Made by a program: the position numbers and the translations under genes. The notes beneath the pieces were generated by a model. It saw only the letters and a list, made by a program, of their open reading frames with translations. It searched no databases and was not told where the DNA came from. Below, piece after piece: positions 38,994-50,145 of a DNA stretch of 64,000 nt. The DNA is taken from assembly GCF_964355755.1 (NCBI RefSeq), contig NC_092671.1:2108001-2172000 (forward strand), read 5' to 3'. The DNA comes from Antedon mediterranea (Eukaryota > Animalia > Echinodermata). The stretch's first letter is position 1. Every line of letters begins with the position of its first letter.

Positions 38994-41401
38994 GTATGTC
39001 TATTAAAATTACATAAACAACATTTATTTTCGTATAGGCCTAAACTCATATTTACGTCAATAACAATACAACATAATAGCGCAATGCATTAAAAATCGGT
39101 TTTAATAAAAAGAATGTTAGGCCCTTATGGAAAATCACAACCTGCCGATGATGTCGCTCAAGCGTATTTCTTTTAATTTTAAAACGATAAACTTATTATA
39201 CCAAAGAAGACTATCTGTACACATAATAATATTGAAGTTAAAATGTGAATAGAATATACAAGCGTTTAAACCAATTCAGATCTAGGCTTAGTAGGCTATT
39301 ATAATATTATATTAGGCCTATACTAGTTTTCCACTGAGAGTAATATATATTAACGGTTGAATTATTAATTCATAACCGTGTAGCCTATCACGAGTTATAT
39401 ATCCGCCTCCTGCGGTGCAGTGGATCCATAGAGTGTACGATGCTGTACCATGCATGGTGTAAGGTGGTTTCGCAAATGTTTAAAATAAATGATAGGAATG
39501 ATAATATTAAATATATTAATTAAATTAATGATGGAGAGATATACAATTCACCGTAAAACTATTACACAAGCGTAAATAATCCACACCGAAACACTCACTG
39601 CAGATTATGACGATACAAAATATAAACTCTTTTTAAAGTGGTGGTGGTGGTGGTCGCACCCCAGGAACCAATGAGTAGACCCCGCCCCCTCCCCCAACTG
39701 AAACCAGTTTTTCAATGTATAGTAAATATAGGCCTACCTAGGAAAATATGTCATTTTTTAAAAGTAAACTAGTTAATTCGCATCTACCAACGTACGATCT
39801 CTGTCATCGACAAAGTTACTAATCAAACAAAGTTAAGTAAAGTAATTAGTAAGGTACCCTATTAATTATAGGCCTACTTACTTTTTTTGGTTTCTTGGTC
39901 CCTGGTTCCTTCTACTATCTTGTCTAGTGTTGTTGGAATCAACCTTTATCGCTCCTAATATCATGGTTCAAAGGACAGAAACGTACCAATCACGTGATAC
40001 TACAACCAACAATTATTATCATGGAGGATTTATTTATGTTCTGTAATTTCGTCATCCGGCGCATAAAGCCAATATGACATTATTACACCTTTGTATAGTA
40101 GTAGCCGTAGAAGTAGACGACCGATTTTGTTTCGGTCTCACTGTTTCGATCGCGTAAATTGTATTAGGGCTACGTAGTAGACCAACTAATAACGGGACAC
40201 CTTTAAAAGCCCCCTGAAAGAAAGTGTCCTTAGAGGTGGTGTCCCAATGAGTTATTTCACCATTTTCTTCGTCTGTGACCATGTCCCACTTCCTCATAAG
40301 TAAAATAATTATTTTTGATCAATGACAAAGCACATTTTGCTTATTGTCGTGGAAGATCCAAAATGTATTGAAACTTGATTAGAGGGTAGGTAGGGGGTGA
40401 GGAAAGAAAAAGTTGGTTTGATTGTTGTTTCTTTATTATTATTTATGTTCGCAATGATGATTCTGATAGTTTCATTTTTACGACCGCGTAGGCCTATAAT
40501 GTGTTAATTTTGTCACTGACGTGATCTAGGATTCGTTGTACATTTTTATATTTTTGAACAATAAAAATGATTTTTACAGACTGCGCACGCTAATAAATTA
40601 CAGCGTACGTGAATATTTTGGTTTAGTGTGCCCATGTTGGAAATTTTGATTTCATTTATAATCTCGCTGGCTTGTTTAGGCTATATTGGCGTTTCATACC
40701 TGACACACTGACATCACCGATCATCGTTGAGGTCGAGAAAAGTTGTTTTGTCCTGGCTGGGATTCCCCTCACTCGTCTAGTAGGCTAGCCTAGCCTTTAG
40801 GTTAGATCTCCACACAAATAATAATATAGTAAGATCTTATAATAATATGCATATGTATGTAAACAATTATTGATATACTAGTTTAGCATGTAGCTAATCT
40901 TCTATCTGATGGAGGCCTATTTATGGATGCCTATCTTGGCCTCTTGACTGGCAGACCCGGCTAGCCTACTAGCTAGCTAGGCCTAGCCTAGCTAGGGCTA
41001 GGTTAGTTAGGCCTAGCTAGGCCTAGCTAGGCCTAGCAGTAGTACTATAGGCTACAGTAACTAGCTTGCTCTCCCTAACTATTCACTGCCGAAAAGGTAT
41101 TGGTAACTAGGCCTAGGATAATAATTAATATGCCTACTGAGTAAGATGAACAAGTAGGACTAGCCTAGCCTCCGATCCTATCTAGGCCTAGGCCTATACT
41201 AGGCCTAGCTAGGCCTATACTATATACGTAGGCCTAGGCCTATATAGGGCCTTTGTTTTTAATTAATATCTAACTTCATAATATGACAGTGTAGTGACAC
41301 ATTTAGTAATTTAAATAACCATTAGTTTTATTTTTAATTTATTTGATTTTGTCTTGCCAAAAAAATCACTTTTTCATTTTCTGATTTACAGATTTGTTAT
41401 A

Positions 41402-44400
41402 ATGGCTTTTGTGAAAGAAGAGCTGGATGAACTAAGAACAAAATGTACAAGTGAAATTGAAAACTCGGAACTGATCACATGTCATCAGGCGTCAGTTAGA
41501 GTCAAAATAAGGTATAATAACAACAGAATGCTTTGATCTTTGAAGGGTCGCAAATTTATCACCTACATGATATCACGCATCTACAAGACCCATAAGTGCC
41601 CTATCTTGTTCAATAATTAATTAGTTATCTGATTTTTTATTTTTAGCAAAACCAAGTTTAAAACGTTAGTTGTATGTCTTCAATTCGGTGATGACTATCC
41701 CAAGTCTCCAGTTATTATTGAACTGAAAAGTAAAACAATATCGGAGAAGTTGTTAGCAGGAATATGCAATATAGCTGATGCTGAAGCTAAGAAATATCTA
41801 GGTAAAAAACAGGTAATATTGTGTTAATGGATATTTGATTTTTATTATTTACTGCATTCTGTATGCTTTTCTACTTGGATGAGGCATAGCATAAAACACA
41901 AATCAGACAGTGAAAACTCCAGTATCACAAATACTCAATTGAGGTTCTGCAAGATGATGCAGATAATATTGAATACATTTTAATATATGTATAAGTTCCT
42001 ACAGTGTCAATGTATACACAAATGGCATCCAAACAGACAGTGCTATAACTTGTTATCGAAACTCAATGATCCCCACCAATCTAAATCCGAGTTCTATGAA
42101 CTCCAACCTTTGGAAATGAAAATAATATTTAAACAGCTTTAACATTTGAATAAAAGAACAAATCACACATCTACACATAATCCAACATCCTATACTCTAT
42201 CTCTAACAATTTTTTCAATCTTCTATCGACTAAAGCCGAAATATAGTCGTTATCTCGGGACCGTTCTATGGCCACCACCAGGTAGGCTTACTTCATTAAG
42301 GCTTCTATGAATGGATGTACTGGTTGGGAGCAGGAACGCTAGTAGACCAAACCCAGTACCGTTTTGATTATGATCAATCGGGAAATTACCTCACAACAAA
42401 AAATAAAATATTTACCAGGTTATTGTGTGTGATAACTGAAGCAAAAATTTGTTTATGATTTTAAAGTTTGATTTAAAATACATTACTCTTGAACCAAATA
42501 TAAATAGACTTTATTCCAGCTGTACAAACATGAATACTGTAGTAGTATAAACTTCTTGATGTTGAGATAGTTTTTCAGTTGAGTGATGATGACACTGTTT
42601 AATAAAGTTTTTTTTTTTCAGGTCCTACCAGTCTTAGTTTTTATAAGGCAATTTTTAGAAGATAATGCTTTTGTTGTTTGTAGCGATGAACTTAGTTTTA
42701 TAAAGAAAGAATTAATAACATCTGAAGATGAACTGAAGGTGAAACAAAAATCTGGAATCTTAATTGCAAATGTTTTTGAAAAGAATTATTTTATGAAATT
42801 AAAATTTACGATACCCAACACATACCCTGAAGAACAAGTTAGGTACGTATAATTATTTTTAAGCCATGTCTACACTATCAAACGTTATGTGACAACAAAA
42901 TGTGATGTGCCCATATATGGACATGATGATGTCATATCACTACCATATATGAGCATAGCACTACCATATTTGGGTATATCACTGCCTTATTTGGTAAACT
43001 TTAAACTAAAGATAATGTTATAATTCATTCTAAAAATAATCAGTGCAATTTGTTTTGTTTTGCAGTATAGAACAAAAAGAGACAAATTTTCCTGACCTGT
43101 TTGAGAAAATGTGTGTAGCTAGGGCGACTGAATTGGCTAGACAATGTGTGACACCTCCTTTAAAGAAAAGGCCAAAGTAAGTGAATGTAGAACATGCAGT
43201 GCAAGGAAGTTGTAACGACAAAGATGGTATCATATTTGTTGTATAACACCACTGTAAGATCATAGTTGTGTGGAACAATGGTAATGTCATTGAAAAAATG
43301 TAATATGCCCATATATGGACATGATGTCATATTAAGTACCATATTTTCGCATATGTGCAATTGGTAGTGTTTGGTCGAGGCAGCGTGCTTATTGAGCTCT
43401 GTTTACACTATCTAAAAATGTGATGTGCCCATATATGAACATGATGTCATATCACTTCCATATTTGGCCATATCATTATCATATTTGGACACATTACACT
43501 GGAATTCTGGAAGCTCAAACCTAAATGTATCCTGAATGGTTTTCATGCTTTACATATATGATAATTTGCTTACTGATGGTGATATAATCTTGGCATTGTT
43601 GTATTTTATAGAGATCCCCCATTTGAAGTCAAACCATCTCTGAAATTATGCGCTGAATTATTAATACGTGGTTGCATCAAGCGATACCCGACGGAGAAGT
43701 GCGCCGTTTGCAAAGAATATGTTTTCCCAACTGATCCAACTGTAAGTTTATATATGCCTCTTCTATATAACTGTTATTACTATTAGTAATAGTAAATAAT
43801 ATTAATGTATAATTCATTACCAAACAATAGAGGGTGGTATACTAATAATATATAATTCATTACCAAACAATAGAGGGTGCTGTAATGTATGTTACGGTGC
43901 AGCATAAGCTATGTAAAAAAAATCGTATTGGCGGAAAATGAAATGCATTATTTCTTTCTATAATGTGATTGTACTATCAGTGATAATGGGTCACTAAGTG
44001 AATCACACATACATAGAATATGGTATATCATTATGGAAGAATAAGTGACAGCAGTAACAACTTGTACAGTCAACTCTTCCAATACACCTTTAGGCTGGCC
44101 CAATATGTCTGGAAAGTCTGGTATTCAGAATGTGTTTTTAATGGTAAAAACAAATTTGGGACCTTTTGGGCATCAATAAAAGTCGGGTTTTGGGAGAGTT
44201 TTCGGTTTCAGACACTCTAGTATTGGGAGAGTTTACTGTATTTGTCGAATGCATTTGCTAATGTGAAATAAAACAAATTATGTGATGTTTTTATTTGTTT
44301 AATAGCACGTAGTGAATGATCCTCATCATGGCAGGCATGTAGAGTGGGTTTACTGTGGACATTTATTTCACAATGGTTGTATATCAGAGTATATGAAAAC

Positions 44401-44737
44401 ACCACCCTTTACAGGTAATGCATAGTATACAACTAATGAATGTTTATGAGTGCAATGGTACAAATAATTTCATGAGATATTCTATTTTCATTGGAGTAGT
44501 TTATTGAATATCATGTGACCTACAATTCTCCAATCAAATCACAATAATCTAATTCACGGTTCAACTGTTACATTTACATTTTAAATCTCATTTTTAGGTG
44601 GAAAAAAATGTCCGGCTTGTGGCAAGAGAATTTATCACGATAAATGGAAGATAACACCTAAAACTGCAGAGGAAAGGTGGGCGCATGAACAAGCCAGACA
44701 ACGAGAACTTGAAGAAGTAGTTGACTTTCTTGGATAA
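41402..44737 (+). CDS. Uncharacterised protein with two RWD/UBC-like domains and a C-terminal RING-H2 finger (putative E3 ligase), 7 exons, ~328 aa
   Basis: Exons 41402-41511, 41647-41812 (LQFGDDYPKSPVIIEL), 42622-42842 (LKFTIPNTYPEEQV), 43066-43176, 43612-43741 (CAVC), 44306-44414 (YCGHLFHNGC), 44598-44737 (KCPAC...DFLG, TAA). 987 nt in frame with canonical GT-AG sites. Confidence 0.85.
44067..44238. mobile_element. Tc1/mariner-type (CAGT-ended) MITE
   Basis: TA-CAGTCAACTCTTCCAATAC ... GTATTGGGAGAGTTTACTG-TA. Confidence 0.75.
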
Positions 44738-45611
44738 CGGAAACGGTCAACTATAATGTATAGAGTATTATGGTCTGACATCATGGTACCACGTGACATG
44801 CCTTTGTTTCAATGTAACTCTGATTGCAACCCAGATTATAGTCGATGACTTCCCAGATATCTATTGATTTCAGCTGGTGCATAATCTATGAAATAATAAC
44901 AAATACATAAAACTCATAATGCTAGTTCTCTGATGTATATTTAATCTTTAGTCCAGATTTATAAGCACAAAGGAATTTTTTTAAATATTAGAATTTATTT
45001 TTTAAACAGGTGCAGTACCGAAACCAATCTAAATTCTTTCTATTTAGAATTGCCAAGGATAACCATAAGTGAATTCATTCACTATCCTTCTTAAAGGTGG
45101 CAATTCCATTCACAGACAAGCCTATACACAAGATGCTGTACATAAACAAAGTCTTATTTCAAGTCTTTGGGAGTGTAATTTATCAATAGAAAAAAAACAC
45201 TTAAAGGCTTGGATTGGTAGCCAAGCATCACAATCACCACTTCAATTGCATAGCAACAAAGGCATGTTACGCAGTACCATGATGTCAGCTGTGTTGTACT
45301 CTCTAAAATTACATATTAAACCTCGGACTGCTTAGGAAAGATAGGCTTAAGTATGGTAGTTGTTATTCATGGATAACAGAAATGGGGGCAGGGACATAAA
45401 TACAGATATTGGATTTGGGATGAGAGGAAATGGATCTCAAAAACATAATATATTGCTACCCAAGTCTTGCACTTTAATGTTGTCAGTTAGAAAGTGGAAT
45501 TTGGTGTATTGTTAGGCCTTGGCAATAAATAAAATAACATTATCCTAAGTACGTTTTAAAAAGAAATTAAACAGAAACAAAATATACCCAAATATTATGC
45601 AGTTAACTCAC

Positions 45612-45816
45612 CCAAAATACTGACATGGACTGGCCAAAATACTGACATGGACTGGCCAAAATACTGACATGGACTGGCCAAAATACTGACATGGACTGGC
45701 CAAAATACTGACATGGACTGGCCAAAATACTGACATGGACTGGCCAAAATACTGACATGGACTGGCCAAAATACTGACATGGACTGGCCAAAATACTGAC
45801 ATGGACTGGCCAAAAT
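45612..45816. repeat. 22-bp perfect minisatellite, ~9 copies
   Basis: Unit CCAAAATACTGACATGGACTGG. Confidence 0.95.
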
Positions 45817-46654
45817 CTATGGGTTTTGCCAAAGAAAATTCAGGTTTTGGGAAAGTTTACAGTTTTTAGCATTTTTAACTGTATAAATTCTTAATAGCTT
45901 TGCTATAACCAACAACAATTATTAAATGTTTTACTATTGCTTATCGGCAAAAGCATGTAAGATATTCGGGTAAATTATTATGGCATATTTAATGATAGAT
46001 TGCATATGTTTTTGTAGTAGATTTAGTTAAGAGTGAAATTATATTATGATTGTTTATGTATAGTTTTATTCTGTTGCCATGTTTTGTAAATAGATTTAAT
46101 TACAATAGATATATATTGACAATCTAATTGTTTGTTTCATTTATTTTATCTGAATTTATCTCCTATATTTTATAATTCATTCACTCATCTTTTATTTTGG
46201 AAAAAAAATGATCTCCCATATATTATATTATTTATAATCTAAAGCACTGTCTACACTATCAAACTTTATGTGACAAACAATGTGATGTGCTCATATATGG
46301 ACACGAAGACGTCATATTACTACCATATTTGGGCATAGTGAAAGACTTAGACACAGAGATCCCAAAAAGTTCAATAACAGCAGCTTAAATTCAAAACTAT
46401 TGGAGATCCAGAAGAGACATGAAATGAAATCGTCAATGAAAAGTATTAACAAACGCCAACCCATTATAAAATATTATATAAATATTAAATTTCCCGCTAT
46501 TTTGTGTATTTTAAAAATGCCAAAACGGGTTAAATATAAAAAGATTGTCACCCTCAAGTATATTCAGAGCGTCATTCTAACGATGGAGCATTCTCTACTT
46601 CTCTACGGAGCGCCATTTATGCCTTTATTTACTTCCGAAATAGAAATAGTACTA

Positions 46655-49194
46655 CCGTAACTGCTCAAGTGGATCACATTTGGCACCGGTGGAGCACAGT
46701 GATGTAGAATAGAAATAAATCACTAAATTAAATATATTTTCATATATTAATACACTGTGCTCAAGTGGACCAAATTTGGCACCAGTGGAGCAGTGATATA
46801 AAATAGATCGACATTTTTAATTCGAATCTTTATCTGTTTCGTCGTAATTTAAGTGTTTCTGAGTTGTTGTAATTGTCTTTGTATCTGTTAAACCAAGCTG
46901 TAAGTGGCGGATTTGTTTCTGCTGTTGTTTCTGGTTTAAAAAACTAGAGACTTAATATTCAATTTCATATTCAATGAATAGGTGCACTTTCCGGAGACAA
47001 GCTCTATTGTCTAAATTGTCTATTGTTATAATTTCAAATCATGTAAAGTGCCATTTTTCCGGGCGGGAAGGAACCTATGCAGCTCTATTTTTCAAAATTG
47101 TCTTTGCTGAAGATTCTTATATATGTTAAAAAAATAATAGATGTCATTTCCGGGGACATTGCAGCTCTATTTTAAACAGTTTGGTATGCCGTGCGTTGTT
47201 ATACAAATGAGGTGTATTATGGGGAAGATGGTATGTTAGTCATTCGCGGTAAACACGCCACACTGATAAATTTGATGTTGTTAATCTTTACATTAAAAAA
47301 TTGTTCATTCAAATCATGTAAATAAACATTTTCCGGGCGGGAACCTAGCAGCTCTTCTCTTTTAGTTTGCAAAAGTAATCTCGAAAAGAACTTCATGTGG
47401 AAAAGAAGCCCACCCAAGAGTACTAAAAATGAGCATGGGCTTCTTTTCGAGGTTTTATGGCTGTCTATTTAATGGAAAATAATGCCATGCAACTTTGTTT
47501 TTGATTTAAAAAAAAGGTCCACTTGTTTAGGCCTGACATTTACAACCTTTACAATATCTCTCTTTCAAAATGAAAAAAATAAATATTTATTTTCAATTCC
47601 CAAAAAAAAAAAATATCCGTAGAGGTTCGAACCCAATCTACTAGAGCTGACAGCATCCAAACCTGAGCATTACCCGTTCGGCCACAAAGTAGTACATGAC
47701 TAAACAGCTGATAATAGTCTATTTATACGTGTATTACGTAATTCATCATTACGTCATAAATATCCTATTAACCTTGTTAAAACCACTCAGTCGCCTGAGC
47801 GTCGTGTTCCACTGTGTTTGGGGTTCACAGATCATACGTCCCCCTTTCCACCACACATCATGAGGCGACAACATCAATGCATCTGGTGATGTGCTGGAAA
47901 CGACCCCAAAAGGTTGTGGCAGGGCCTTAGTGCTGAGGCAGAGAGAGCACATTTAACATCTTTAAAAAAAAAAAAAAATTTTCAACCTGTATTCGATCTC
48001 GTAAATTTTATGTTTGCCACCCTCAATTTTAAAAGAAATTGAATTTATTATTTTCATCGCAGGTGTACCAAACGGTTTGGTATGCCGTGCGTTGTTATGC
48101 AATGGTCACGTGCAGGTGTAGTGGGAAAGATGCTTTTTTTAGTCATTCGCGGTCAACATGCCACACTGTTACATTTTGATTTTGTTAATCAATGTTGCTA
48201 CACGAAAAAGATATTGTATTGTAATAATATGTTATGAATAAACGTTTATGGTAGTTGGTGTGTTTGGCCAGAATCCCAGAATAAACATGTTTTAAACAGA
48301 TAGTTTGTCTCCGATGGTTTTTGTATGGGTTAATGGAGAGTGAAATAAGATAAAATATAGAACATTTGCAAAGATGCCGATTTCTAGACCAATTTTGGGC
48401 TAGGCCTTAGGCATATATGAAGTCGAGTTTTTAGAGTAGAAAACCCCACCTAAAATTTTGAAGTAGCATCTGGATAGTTGAAATTTTAACATTATCATAA
48501 TTATCATAGGTGACTATGTATAGTAATAAGTATAAGTGCAATTTTGGGCTCTATTTTCAATATTAGCTCTGCCTAAAGCATGGTGGGCTAGTACTGGAGA
48601 CTTAATATTTAATTTCATATTTCAATGAATATGTGCATTTTCCAGGGACACTAAATAAGTATTTATCTTAGACAAACGCAAGTTATTAAAATCACTGATA
48701 TGGCTTGAAACTAATTTTTCTTTTGCATTACGGATGGAGTAACCGATATTTAACATATATAGCAAGTTTGAAATATTTTTGAAGTATTTCCAGAAGTATT
48801 TTTCTCGATGTTTTAAAAACGAAAAGATAGATATTAACATTCAGTGACTTATTTATAGTTTATATCACTGTGCTCCACTGGTGCCAAATTGTGTCCACTT
48901 GAGCACACAGTGTATTAACATACGAAAAGATATTCAATTCAATTCAATTCATATTCATAATGCGCCGAATTCTTTCCAAAAGGATAAGTTCTAAGCTAAG
49001 GCGCAACGTAAATTTGTTGAAAAAATATGATTTCAGATGCCTTTTAAACATATAATATTGAAACTTAAGCGACTTCAAATTAGGTCCACTTGAGCACAGT
49101 GTATTAACATACGAAAAGATATTGAAAGTAGTGACTTATTTCTATTTCACTGTGCTACCCTGGTGCTAAATTGGGTCCACTTGAGCAGTTACCG
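46655..49194. mobile_element. 2.5-kb non-autonomous TA-targeting DNA transposon with long structured inverted ends
   Basis: TA-CCGTAACTGCTCAAGTGGATCACATTTGGCACC ... GGTGCTAAATTGGGTCCACTTGAGCAGTTACCG-TA. The terminal motif recurs ~100 bp inside the left end (46758) and twice more inside the right end (~48870-48905, ~49085). No transposase ORF. Confidence 0.85.
47615..47691 (-). ncRNA. tRNA-like Pol III unit (not a canonical tRNA)
   Basis: Minus strand: TGGCCGAACGG (A box) ... GGTTCGAACC (B box), closely followed by T12. TATAAATA lies ~30 nt upstream (47720-47727). Confidence 0.5.
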
Positions 49195-49739
49195 TATACT
49201 TATACTATTTACATTATTGACACTCTGAATATACCGCCAAATTCTCCAACTTCAAAAGTGCATGCACTAGAGAGGGCGTTGTGTTACTTTTCGTTTTCCA
49301 AAAATTACAATACACACATTATTCGAAGTAAATATTATGTACTGCCCTTTATAAACACTTATCCGCGCCTAAACAAATGGACCACTTTTTGACCACATAG
49401 GGGCTAAACTTACGTCATATCCAAAATAAATCCTGACATTTTGTTTGCAATGATATAAGTAAATTTTAAATTAAAAAATACTATAGGCATGTCATGTAAA
49501 AAAGTCTCGGGACAACATAACAAAATTGACAATTGTTCACAATTATTTTACAACATGCCTAATGTCTTTATTAAATGGTTAAGTATAAATTATTAAGAAA
49601 ATAAAAGTTGTATCATAATTTTAACTATTTTGTCCGATTTATATTTTGAAACACCAGGATCTCCTACAACAACCGGGTACTTTAGTACAGTTGTAGTATT
49701 TAGCAGCACAAAGTAAATAAATGTTAACTTTGACCGTGA

Positions 49740-49825
49740 ATGACAGCCAATCATTGCGCTTGATTTCAGTTCAGGAAATATTACCAGCAGTTTCTAGGTC
49801 TTGCATGTGCGCCATTTTGGCGCTC
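49740..49825 (+). promoter_or_regulatory. Core promoter region of the CTDSP-like gene
   Basis: CCAAT box (CAGCCAATCA, ~49744) and YY1-like GCGCCATTTT (~49808), upstream of a putative UTR exon ending at GA|GTAAGT (~50014) and the ATG at 50146. Confidence 0.45.
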
Positions 49826-50145
49826 AAAGAAAATAAATATATAAACAAAACATAAACCATAATTTTCACACTATTCTACTCAAAAATTAATCTTTTTTAT
49901 ATTTGCCATTTCATAATTGCTTTTCAATACATTACTGTAACTAAAATAATACAATTGAACTTGCAGTATTTGTTTGTTTATTTACATCCTACCGATTTCT
50001 CTAGAAACTACTGAGTAAGTTGACACTTATTTTATATGTTGACCTCTTTCCACCATCTTGGCTCGCTTCGCATGTGAGAATTTGAATGTTTTGCTTGGAA
50101 TTTTAGTACAAATCTGCACTGAAAACGAATACATAGTCAATCTAA

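Noticed and set aside
41925-42380. Hairpin-rich segment as a novel ncRNA
   Set aside because: More simply a decayed LINE 3' end (coding-like remnant followed by stem-loops); the evidence is too weak to call either way.
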